Below, piece after piece: positions 20,201 to 31,218 of a stretch of DNA of 64,000 nucleotides. Source of the DNA: Dimorphilus gyrociliatus (Eukaryota; Animalia; Annelida); contig CAJFCJ010000059.1 in assembly GCA_904063045.1 (NCBI GenBank), forward strand, positions 55,840-119,839, read 5' to 3'. How positions within the stretch are numbered: position 1 is the stretch's first letter; every line of letters starts with the position of its first letter. The position numbers and the translations under genes are program-made. Below the pieces are notes generated by a model. That model was not told the DNA's origin. It did no database searches and saw only the letters and a list, made by a program, of their open reading frames with translations.

Positions 20201-22572
20201 TTTTGAAAAATATTAATTTAGGCAGCTGCAGTTTAAATGAAAAAAAAGGAAAATCTTTGGGAAAAATGTTTAAAAAATGCTCATCTTTAACAGAGATTAA
20301 GTTGGGAGCAAATAAAAATATTGATGAATCATTTCAAGAAGTTTTTAAAGGCTTAGACTCATCTTCAAAGACATTAGAAAAGATTGATTTTAATTACTGT
20401 TCTTTGAATAAAGAATATGGGAAATCTCTTGCAGAGTTATTAAAAAACTGTTCACATATCAAGTGCATTGACTTAAAAGGTAATAAAAACCTGGGAAAAT
20501 CATTCAATTTTGTGTCTGAAGGATTAGCTTCATCATCAGAAACTTTGCAAAAGATTCTTCTTGAAATGTGTAACTTAAATGTTGAGCAAGGACTATTTCT
20601 AGCAAAGTTATTTACAAAGTGCTTTCTTATAAAAGGTGTTAATATTGCCAAAAATAATAATATACGTAAATCATTTACAGAAATATTTGAAGGATTGGAA
20701 TCATCTTCAAAAACATTGGAATATGTTAATGTTGGGTGGTGTAAATTAAATGAAGAACAAGGGAAATCTTTGGGAAAACTACTTAAAAAGTGTTCTAATT
20801 TGAAAAACATAGATTTGTCTGGTAATAAAATTATGGGTAAATCAATGAATGAAATATTTCAAGGATTGGAATCATCTTCAAAAACATTGGAATATGTTAA
20901 TGTTGGGTGGTGTAAATTAAATGAAGAACAAGGGAAATCTTTGGGAAAACTACTTAAAGTATGTTCTAATTTGAAAAACATAGATTTGTCATATATTACT
21001 GTTTTGGGTAAATCAATGAATGAAATATTTCAAGGATTGGAATCATCTTCAAAAACATTGGAATATGTTAATGTTGAGTGCTGTAAATTAAATGAAGAAC
21101 AAGGGAAATCTTTGGAAAAACTACTTAAAACATGTTCTAATTTGAAAAAGATAGATTTGTCTGGTAATAAAGTTATGGGTAAATCAGTGAATGAAATATT
21201 TGAAGGATTGGAATCATCTTCAAATACTTTGGAAAATATTAATGTTGGGTGGTGTGAACTAAATGAAGAACAAGGGAAATCTTTGGGGAAACTACTTAAA
21301 AAGTGTTCTAATTTGAAAAACATAGATTTGTCATATAATAATGCTATGAGTAAATCAATGAATGAAATATTTGAAGGATTGGAATCATCTTCAAATACAT
21401 TGGAATATGTTAATGTTCAGTTTTGTGAATTAAATGAAGAACAAGGGAAATCTTTGGGAAAACTACTTAAAGTATGTTCTACTTTGAAAAACATAGATTT
21501 GTCTGGTAATAAAGTTATGGGTAAATCAATGAATGAAATATTTGAAGGATTGGAATCATCTTCAAATACTTTGGAAAATGTTAATGTTGGGTGGTGTGAA
21601 TTAAATGAAGAACAAGGGAAATCTTTGGGAAAACTACTTAAAAAGTGTTCTAATTTGAAAAACATAGATTTGTCTGGTAATAAAGTTATGGGTAAATCAA
21701 TGAATGAAATATTTGAAGGATTGGAATCATCTTCAAATACTTTGGAATATGTTAATGTTCTGTTTTGTAAATTAAATGAAGAACAAGGGAAGTCTTTGGG
21801 AAAACTACATAAAACATGTTCTAATTTGAAAAAGATAGATTTGTCTGGTATTAATGTTATGGGTAAATCAATGAATGAAATATTTGAAGGATTGGAATCA
21901 TCTTCAAATACTTTGGAAAATGTTAATGTTCGGTTGTGTGAATTAAATGAAGGACAAGGGAAATCTTTGGGGAAACTACTTAAAAAGTGTTCTAATTTGA
22001 AAAAGATAGATTTGTCTGGTATTAATGTTATGGGTAAATCAATGAATGAAATATTTGAAGGATTGGAATCATCTTCAAATACATTGGAACATGTTAATGT
22101 TCGGTGTTGTGAATTAAATGAAGAACAAGGGAAGTCTTTGGGAAAACTACATAAAACATGTTCTAATTTGAAAAACATAGATTTGTCTGGTAATAAAGTT
22201 ATGGGTAAATCAATGAATGAAATATTTGAAGGATTGGAATCATCTTCAAATACTTTGGAAAATGTTAATGTTGGGTGGTGTGAATTAAATGAAGAACAAC
22301 TGAAATCTTTGGGAAAACTACTTAAAAAGTGTTCTAATTTGAAAAAGATAGATTTGTCTGGTATTAATGTTATGGGTAAATCAATGAATGAAATATTTGA
22401 AGGATTGGAATCATCTTCAAAAACATTGGAATATGTTTATGTTGACTGGCGTAAATTAAATGAAGAACAAGGGAAATCTTTGGGGAAACTACTTAAAGTA
22501 TGTTCTAATTTGAAAAACATAGATTTGTCATATATTACTGTTTTGGGTAAATCAATGAATGAAATATTTTAA
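14201..22572 (+). CDS. NLR-type protein (death-fold-like N-terminus, NACHT NTPase, ribonuclease-inhibitor-type LRRs), interrupted by a MULE at 16572-19300
   Basis: Walker A ILIQGKPGIGKS, Walker B LLIDGADEL, FYHLSFQEFFAA motif, 28/29-aa alternating LRRs. Removing the element plus one TSD joins ...SNSLL-T-ITYSNKKKRVVWYSV-MKNLFQ in frame (1877 aa). Confidence 0.9.
16572..19300 (+). mobile_element. Mutator-like (MULE) DNA transposon, 2729 bp
   Basis: Perfect 9-bp TSD GTCTACTTA (16563-16571 / 19301-19309); TIRs 16572-16722 and 19171-19300; encodes a MULE transposase. Confidence 0.95.
17189..19089 (+). CDS. Intron-containing PHD-FLYWCH-MULE transposase (introns 17289-17345, 18308-18365, 18519-18577; 1-nt slip in A-run at ~18905)
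   Basis: Spliced reading gives MAFKCHNC...CSLCKNLIHRKC/ETHNIPICKPC (PHD), TIWVCSVRSKKKRC (FLYWCH), WYIDGTFK, MDFEKGLW..GCVFHFTQ and RTNNDCEGWH. Confidence 0.85.
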
Positions 22573-22581
22573 GGATTGGAA
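20701..22581 (+). repeat. Eleven 171-bp (57-aa) tandem LRR units
   Basis: Unit starts at 20701, 20872, 21043 ... 22411; the last unit ends in TAA (GAA to TAA) and is followed by a decayed unit. Confidence 0.97.
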
Positions 22582-22859
22582 TTTTCTTGAAATAATTTGG
22601 AAAAAGTAGATTTTGACTGGTATAACTTAAATAAAGAACAAGGAAAATATTTGGGAAACTTCTTAAAACATGGTGGAAAGAAATGGCCATGAAAGAAAAT
22701 GTCTATTAATATAAATTTCATTTTAATATAAATATATGTTGAAAAAGTTAACCTGGGGTAAAAGAAATTGTTAAATATATACTTAAAAAATGAAATATTC
22801 ACAAAAAAAATCACTTAACTTTTTCTATTAGCTTAATATTTTAGGAATTATATTTCTAA

Positions 22860-23110
22860 AAGGTACAAGCAAGGTATATCAAAGAGGCTAATACAGTAAC
22901 TCCGTATGGCTTAAATGAGGATCATGGTTGCTACAGTACAACTATAGTACCACTAGTGGTCTACCATCCAAGTCCTTGGTATAAACTAAATAGAATACTT
23001 AAGGACCACTGGAGTGCTCTTAATGATGACAGTCCACTGAAGGTGATTAGGCCTATTATTGCCTTGAAACCGGGGAGATCATTGGGTAGCCTTATAATAA
23101 AGGGAAGAAC
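22860..23110 (+). mobile_element. Penelope-like element remnant (RT thumb to GIY-YIG linker region)
   Basis: PLVVYHPSPWYKLNRILKDHWSALNDDSPLKVIRPIIALKPGRSLGSLIIKG matches the recalled PLE motif YHP..L..IL..HW..L..D....P..A....+L..+L; stops upstream. Confidence 0.65.
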
Positions 23111-24478
23111 TGAAGGTCCACCTCAAGAGGATAATACCAACACTCTGAATCTAGTAGAATGTTGGCCATCCCCATGGTGGCATATTAAACAGTCTTCAAT
23201 AAACCACATAACAAATTCTCTATTGTGAATAACATAGAGAGCCTGGACAACAGCAATGACACAATTCTCACCATGGCCAATAGCTGGGTTGGGAATGATC
23301 AGGAGAGTAGTTTTGCAGGTATTAATCTCCTATTGGAGATACAGAGAGAAATTGACAGTGAATGAAAATTAATAGGGCTAGTTATTAGTTGAGTAGGGAT
23401 TGAACACCTCTTTCATGGAGAACAGGTTGTGGTAGTTGGCAGTGAACAAACAGTTCCCCAACAAAAACACCACATCTGGTTCTTATATCCTAACCCTAAG
23501 CTATAGCCCCCTAAAAAGATACAAATTAGTGAAAGTTTACAACTAACCCTAACCTAAGATAATGGAACCAACACTTAACTTTGCAGAGAGGAAGGTACAG
23601 ACTGGATAGACATCAGACCTGTTCTGAACAATTGTTAAATAAAAAATGGGGTAATTTATGGGGAGACACCTCTCTATGAGAGAACAGATGGTTGACAGTT
23701 TAACATGGGTCTACTGACCTTATGCTACATAGTACCCTAAGGATATATATATATCAATGAGTTAGTTTTGATCCAAAAAAATCAGTGCTGTGGCAAAAAT
23801 GTCCCAAATCTGGGCCATTTAGGAGTTTCATTATGCATCATCCTAGATGTTTCAATTTTGTTGGAGGTGATAGAGCTCGAAAAGAGCTTTTCACTGATAT
23901 CCTACACAACCATGTAGCTCTTACAGTTCAGGAGTGGCTGAGCTTGGGAAATCGAAAATTTTCCAAGTTTGGGTAGAAAAATAAAAGATATTTTTTTTTA
24001 TCTTTCTGACATAGGGGCAAGCTTGGATTCAAGTTTGAAAGCAATCTGACGATTTTGAAAAATTGGCCTTCACTGAGGCTCTGGACTTCTGAAAATCATT
24101 AATTTTGTAAGTTCATTGTCAGGTTAATTACCTGTTAAAACAGGGTGTTGTTGAAAATGCCCACTGTTCTTGTTGAAAACCCTAACTGTGCTTTTTGAAA
24201 ATGCCCACTATGCCTAACTATTACACCAAAATTACAAAAGTTGTTTAATTACATTTGAAGTGAAAACATTTTAATAATAGACAGTGAAAAAAATTATTTT
24301 TTACATGTGTATTAAAGAATTGTAATAGAATTATTTAGAGTAGAAGCATTGACAGCAGACAGCTTTAAACATGATAAATTGCTGAATTTTTTTTCAAAAT
24401 TTTCTTCTTCATGCTTGCATAGATTTTTTTTGTATCCTACAAATCTTTTTTTCTGACAGTAGCTTTTGATAAATGTCA

Positions 24479-24765
24479 TGTACTGATCTTGCTGGCAAAA
24501 TCTATGCCTTTGCATAGTTCTACTCAAACCATTTAAATGAATGTTTAAATTAAAACAGTTTATTCGCAAATAATAATACTTAAGCAAGTAACAAGCTGGG
24601 AGTTCAATAGCAGAGTAGATAGTTCATAATATCAGGTCGCCAAATTACCAAACTGTCTTCCTATGTTGAGGAGTGGATGGATGGTTCCAGTGGAGGTTGT
24701 TTTCAGGTTATCTTCCCAAGTCCTTGGGTCCAGATGGAAGCTGCATGCAGAATGAGAATAATGAG
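24479..24765 (-). repeat. Diverged partial family A LTR (3' half)
   Basis: Reverse-complement match to ~3750-4044, ending TGTACTGATCTTGCTGGCAAAATCTATG; many substitutions. Confidence 0.85.
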
Positions 24766-25217
24766 TCTACACTTATGAACTATAGTTTATAGATATTTTA
24801 TAAATGATACTTACTATATGGTAAAAGTGTTGAAGTAGATGTTGCCTCTAGGGTAGATGGTACCGAACTGCCACAATCAACCCCTTTTATAGGCAAAGGA
24901 TAAGATGTTACATAACAAACATGTTGACAACAACAACAAAGGTTTATTTACATAAATATAATGTAAGAATTGACCCTTGATGGGTAACCTACACAAAGTT
25001 GTTGTTTACATCACTATTGCATAATATGACAACCCTTGACCCTATTTGTTGTGAATAATCCTTATCTGGGGTTAGACCCTTGTTGTTGACAGCCAAGGCA
25101 TAAACAACTGATAAGGAATTGTATAAAAGCAGGGTGTAGGCAGTAACAGGCATTTAGTCCTGAATCAACTCCCTTAGTGAACAGGTCTAGTATTAATTTA
25201 GAATACAGTTTTATTAT

Positions 25218-25820
25218 TGTACTTTGTTGTATTGTAATTGCAGGAATTTCTGCTTCTTCAGAACAGTATTTGTCCTTTCCAATCATTTATCAATTTACTA
25301 AAGTACTGGTCCAATTAGAACCTTTCAAGTTCATCTACAAATAGTCATAACAAATGTAATTTTGGTGGAAATAATTCAACAAAATACTAGTATTTTGTCC
25401 AAAGAATATGTATTGAGTAAATGAGTTTCTAGTTCTAAACAAGTAAGTTTAAACAACCAGTTAACAGTTAAAGAACTGAACTGACAAGCTGGGGAAATGC
25501 ATTTCCTTTTATACATTTCCAAAGCTGGGTTCAAGTGGTCAAAGGATTACAAAGTTGAAATCTGACTGTCTCATAATTCCCAAGTAGCCACCATCTGTTA
25601 CAGTCAAGAGTCTATTTCTTACAAAATAGAGTTCTTTCTACAGTACTAAAAGCTAACACTACGAAATAAAAGTCTTTCTAAAGTTCCACCACTATAATCG
25701 CTACAAAATATAAGTAATTCTATAATTGCACCAGTCTAATTCTTATAAAATAGAAGTCTTTCTAATGTAACCTTATATCTAAAGTCTAAGTATTGATATA
25801 TCATTATATCTAAGTGCACA
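25218..25820 (-). repeat. 3' LTR of a family B variant (B', ~603 bp)
   Basis: Shares its U5 end with 30271-30540; followed on + by the reverse-complement PPT GATATCCCACCCTTTT and env tail, as at 31205. Confidence 0.8.
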
Positions 25821-25834
25821 GATATCCCACCCTT

Positions 25835-26078
25835 TTAAGACCTTGCTTCCACGAAAGGTCTGGGACCTGTCACAATGACTCTATTACCTTCTTTTGAATA
25901 TGTTGGATAGTTTTGAAGAGGTATTGCTTCTTTGTCAATTTCCATAGTTGAGTATGTTGGAATCTGTAATTCTTCTTGTTGTATACTTGGAGCTGTTGGT
26001 TTGGCTTTCCTTCTTTCTTTGGAAAAGACAATTGCAAGTCTTCTAATTGATGCTAATGAGAAACCTAATACTACTTTG
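25835..26078 (-). pseudogene. env: C-terminal TM/cytoplasmic tail of a family B env
   Basis: Minus reading ...VVLGFSLASIRRLAIVFSKERRK...LQNYPTYSKEGNRVIVTGPRPFVEARS* matches the env B end LQNYPMFRKSGDNIIVTSPRPFMEARS* at 31219. Confidence 0.8.
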
Positions 26079-29000
26079 CTGAGACCCTATTCTGGTAGGA
26101 AAGATACTTGGGCCTTTAAGAGGAACTTTCAAACAGCTTGTGAATTAAACCTTTGGGATACAGAAGAGAAAAGAGTTTGAATGCTGAGAAAATACACTAC
26201 TGGAAGAGCCAGAGATGTTATTGAAAGTTTACCCTCCATGGCAAATGAAAATGAAATTTGGGATGCATTGGATGAAGAATTTAATCCAGATCCTATGGCT
26301 TACAAAAAAGAAATTGATAGATTGAGACAGTTCAATGATGAAACTGTCCAAAGTTTTGTTAGAAGAAGTAAAGAACTTGTGGAAAAATTCCTACCATTCA
26401 ATACTAATGAAATGGCTTGTGTTACTGAAAGAGTTAGAGAACTTCAACTGTTAACTGTATTCAGGAATGGTCTTAAAGGAAAAATTGTTAATCATGTGGA
26501 AAAAGATGGAAAGATTAACTCAGTTAATCAGTATATTAAATTGGCAAAAAGAGCAGAAATATTTTTTGATAATGCAAGAAAAGAAAGTGAAAATGAATTC
26601 AAACAGTACAAAAGGAGATTTGACAACAATCAGAGTAACTCAAATCAAAATGAACATACATTTAAACCTTTTTCTCAAAATAGATTTCAACAACAAAGAA
26701 ATGGAAATGCAGGAAATAATGAAAAAGGCAGCTTTAACAGACTAATACATGTTGGACCTGATGAACCTAATGAAACTGAAATTTCTAAAGGAAGAATGGC
26801 AATATTTAATCTCAAAGAAGAGAAAATCGCACATTTTAAGTGTACTTCTTTGGTAAAAGGCAGAAAAGATTTCCAATTTCGAATGAAAAATCATAATGGA
26901 AGAGAGGTTATTGCTTTATGTGATTCAGGAGCACTTTTGTCATTTATTACAGAAAAAGAAATCAGGTTAATGGATTCTAAATTCATCAAGAAAGAAACTA
27001 CTGGCTTACCAATCATCACTTCAGCAGAGGGAAATGCTTTAGAGACAAAAGGAAAAGCAAAACTGAATATTCAATTTAATGGAAGAATTATGGAACAAGA
27101 ATTCTTTATTATGGAAAAACTAGATATGGCTATAATACTAGGTTGTGATTTCTTAGAAAATGCTGGAGCTCTTATTGATTTTGCAACAAAACAAGTTTCT
27201 CTTCCATTCTTTATCAGAAAAGGACAACCAGTTAGAAAGTTTTTGCAATATAACGAAAATCGCCAAACAAAATTTGGAAAACAAGGCAGTGTAAAAAAAG
27301 TAACTGTTGGAATGATGGGACAGTATTTTGAAGATTCTGACACTCCATCTGAAGTTTTTGATACTCCATCTGAAGTTTCAGATTGTGTGGACTCAGAAAT
27401 GGAAGTTACTGATCCAGATACTGGCTATGATACAAGCAACACTCATGGTTCAAGCATAGTTTATGAGGGATTCAATGGTTTTGATTCAAATAGCAATTAT
27501 GGCACAGATGAAAGTTCCAGTACTTCTGAAAATTATGATACAGAAACAAGTATTGAATCAGATCACAGCCCAGACTCAGATTTGGATATAATCAATGGTA
27601 CAAGATCATCTGAAGATGAAATTAGTGATTCAACTGATTCTGATAATGGTTCAATGATTGTTAAAGACTCATCTGAAGAAGAGCTTGATAACATAACTGA
27701 GCCTGATAATGATTCAATGATTGTTATAGACTCATCTGAAGAAGAGACCAGTAACACAATTGAGTCTGACAATGATTCCATAATGGTTATAGACTCATCT
27801 GATGAAGAGACTGGAAACACACCGGAGTCTGACAATGGCTCAGTTATTTTCATAAATTCATCTGAAGAAGAAATTGAAATTACATCTGAAGACTTAGCTA
27901 CAGAAATGGAAATGAAACCACAATACATAGAAATAGAAGATGGAATAAGTATCAAAGTGGAAAAAGAACAAAAGAAACCTCCAGTAACTCCTGAAATAGA
28001 AGAATTACAGTTGGAAAGTATTGAATTTGAACATTTGTCTAATCAAAATGTACACAATATTAATTCAAATACACTAGAAATTGACAATTATTTACATGTG
28101 TCCAAAAATAATCTTGACAAGAACAGAGAAGAATTAAAAGAAATGATAAAGAATTATGAAGATATTATTGCTACAAATCAGAATGACATTGGTTCACCAG
28201 ATGTTCCACCAATGGCAATTGAATTATTGGAAGATATAAAGCCTTTCAAACAAAGACCATACAGATTGCCACCCAACAAACAGCAGGAATGCAGGGATCA
28301 ATTAAATGGATTATTGAAAATGGTCTAATTAGAGCAAGCAAAAGCCAATGGGCTTCACCCATTGTTTTTGTGAAAAAGAAAGAAGGAACATTAAGAATGT
28401 GTGTGGATTACAGAAAACTTAACAAGCAATCAAAAAAGAATTGTTATCCAATCCCACATCAGGAAGATTTATTTGATAAGCTTGGAGGAGGCCACAAATA
28501 TTTTTCTATATTGGATTTAACAAGTGCATTTCATCATATTCCAATCAAAGAAGAAGATAAGGAGAAAACTGCTTTTATTACACCATTTGGTTTATTTGAA
28601 TTCAACTGCATGCTATGTGGTTTGGCAAATGCACCTTCACACTTCAGCTATACATGGCAAATTTTGTTATTAATGGATTGGAAAACTTCTGCATTAATTA
28701 TATGGATGATATTATAGTTTTTACCAAAACATTGGAAGAACACTTTGTAGCTCTACAGAAACTTATGGAAAGAATCAAGGAAAAAGACTTTAGAATTAAA
28801 CTGAGCAAATGTGCATTCCTACAAGAATCAGTTCAATTCCTTGGTCATAGAATTACACAGAATGGTATTGAAACTGATCCTGAAAAGATTCAGAAAATAA
28901 AAGATGCCAAATTACCTATGTTTGCAAATACTCTGTTGAGTTTTGTGGCATTTTGTGGTTATTACAGAAGATTTGTTAAAGATTTTGCAAAAATCACAAA

Positions 29001-29676
29001 ACCTTTGAGAGAATTATTAAAAGTACACCAAAAGACAGAAAAACTGAAATGGACAAAAAAAGCAGAGGAAACTTATGAAACACTAAGGAATGCAATGACA
29101 GAGCCCCCAATCCTTCAATTGCCAGACTTTACTAAATCATTCTATTTAACAACAGATGCTTCTAATTATGCAGTTGGTGCAGTTCTAGAACAAGAATGGG
29201 AAGAAGATGGAAAGAAAATAAGAAAACCAATTTCTTTTGCTTCCAAGCTCCTAATCAATACACAACTAAGATATGCAGCTTATCAAAAAGAGGCTTTTGC
29301 AGTATATTGGGCAGTACAAAAATTCTCCCATTATCTACAGTATAAGAAATTTTTTCTCTACACTGATCACCAAAATTTGGTACAAACATTTGTACAAAAC
29401 AAACTGAATACAAGTACTGTTAAATGGGTGATGGCACTTATGGATATGGATTTTGAAATAATATACATACCAGGAAGAACTAATAGAGCAGACTGGATAT
29501 CAAGAATTGGTGAAACTCATGAAGTAATTGATTTTCATAATTTACTTAAGGAAAGATTAAATGAAGAAAAACAAAATGGCAATACAGTTCCCCAATTAGC
29601 AGAAAGAAAGGATATGCTTAAATGCTTTTATATTGATACAGAGGACTTAGAAGAATTAGATGACCTCGACATTTAA
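26075..29676 (+). pseudogene. pol: Gypsy gag-PR-acidic spacer-RT-RNase H, 5' and 3' truncated (no integrase); stop at 26178, frameshifts at ~28295 and ~28650
   Basis: Gag capsid motif; protease IALCDSGALLSFIT; 21-aa acidic repeats; RT WASPIVFVKKK, YMDD; RNase H LTTDASNYAVGAVL. Confidence 0.93.
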
Positions 29677-29751
29677 AACAATTTCCAAGAGAAAAGATTT
29701 TTTCAAAATATTTTCAAAAAATTTTTTGAAAAAATCTTTTATTATTTCCTA

Positions 29752-29824
29752 CCTACTCAACCTACCTTGGTTTCGTCCCCCTCTCTACTAAATTTTTAAA
29801 CCTGGGACTCATCAGGGTCTACTA
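29752..29824 (-). ncRNA. Type I minimal hammerhead ribozyme motif with intact core
   Basis: Minus strand: TAGTAGACC-CTGATGA-GTCCC-(24 nt)-GGGAC-GAAA-C-CAAG-GTA^GGTTGAGTA; predicted cleavage after GUA (29763). Confidence 0.75.
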
Positions 29825-30099
29825 TGCTAAATGAAAGAGAGGTTTGAGAGGTTAGGGTTAGGTAAATTTTTGAGAATCTTAATTAGAAGTTTCTCTCCAG
29901 ATTTTTGATTTATTTGTTTGTTGATAAAGATTCTTGTGGGGTAAAATTATAAATAAAAAATAAAAAATAAAAGTACATAATAGTTTAAAACTTTTAAAAT
30001 AACAAGGTATATAGAAGGAAGAATATATGGGCTTGAATAAAATGTAAGATAAAAAGAATAGTAATTTGAGTTGATATCTCTCCTACCAGTTGGAAAGAA

Positions 30100-30240
30100 T
30101 ATGACAGAAAATGGCCCCAACAGAAAACAGACCCAACAGAAAGCAGCCACAAATCAACAGAAAACAGCCTCAACTTGAACAGAAAATGGCCCCAACTGGA
30201 ACAGAAAACGACCCCAACTGAGACAGAAAATGGCCACAGG
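30100..30240 (+). repeat. Array of ACAGAAAA(T/C)GGCCCCA-like motifs (transposon subterminal repeats)
   Basis: About 7 degenerate copies; related to GAAAA(C/T)GTCC arrays at 52310-52340, 52490-52560 and (inverted) 56866-56953. Confidence 0.6.
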
Positions 30241-30270
30241 ATTCTTCAACCTAAAATATATAAAACAAGA

Positions 30271-31204
30271 TGTACTTTGTTGTATTGTAATTGTAGGAAT
30301 TTCTGGTTCGTCACAACTGTAATCGTCCTTTCCAATCATTTACCAACTTGCCAAAGTACTGGTCCAAATAGAACCTTTAAAGTTCATCCACAAATAGTCT
30401 AACAAAGGCAATTTCGGTAGAAATTGATTAACAAAACACCAGTATTTCGTCCAAAGAATATGTATTGAGTAAAATGAGCTTCTAGTTCTAAACAAGCTAG
30501 TTTAAACAACTAGCTGACGGTTAGAAAACTGAACTATCAACTGTTAATTTCCTAGGGTTTATATACTCTTTTAAGGGTTGATAGTTCACAAATTTCAATG
30601 TTCACAAAAACAAAAGTAACATTTGAAGACAAAGAAAAGTTCTAAATATGGTCATGTTTTTATTGTTTTCCTCTTCTAAATAATAGTTGAATTTCGAAGG
30701 TTGGAGAGTTGCATAAGATGTAACAATTTTAGTAGGACAAGTCCAACAATGAAGAAAACATGTAGATTATATATTTGACAGTTTTTATATTCTACCTTAA
30801 TAATGATATTCAATTGATTGAGTTAGTAAATTTAGCATCAGCATATAAGGAGGAAGTATATCTGATTAATGCATGTTAAAAGAACAGTATTGTGTATACA
30901 ATACTGTTGAATAGTGAATATAATCTAAACTTAGAATTTAAGCATAATTGATAATTAATTGAACTAGTTTTAGTTCGAAATCATAAATTTATGGATTAAT
31001 AAATTGTAATATTAATGCTAGGTTGCAAATAGCAAATATTCTTTATATAATTTAATAGGTTTTATTGCTGCATAATGTGTATGCACTGTCCTATGCAAAA
31101 CTAGGTCACTACTGCTTATCTTTATCAGTGCTATCTGCATAGTACAATACTGGTTCAATACTACTTCTCTATTGTAGAATATAGCTGATGAATGTATGTG
31201 TACA
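30271..31204 (-). repeat. 3' LTR of family B element (934 bp)
   Basis: TGTACA...AGTACA ends; PPT AAAGGAGTGGGA at ~31209-31220 (minus); near-identical inverted copy at 54339-55273. Confidence 0.92.
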
Positions 31205-31218
31205 AACATCCCACTCCT

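Noticed and set aside
20394-22178. Minus-strand ORFs (20394-20810, 21030-21323, 21417-22178)
   Set aside because: Antisense shadows of the repetitive LRR frame.
23760-24210. Possible MITE or non-autonomous transposon
   Set aside because: It looks repeat-like (GAAAATGCCCACT duplicates), but no TIR pair, TSD or second copy could be found in the window.
27071-27955. Minus-strand ORFs opposite the acidic spacers (also 9106-9630 and 36013-36351)
   Set aside because: Ser/Ile-rich antisense shadows of low-complexity coding sequence.
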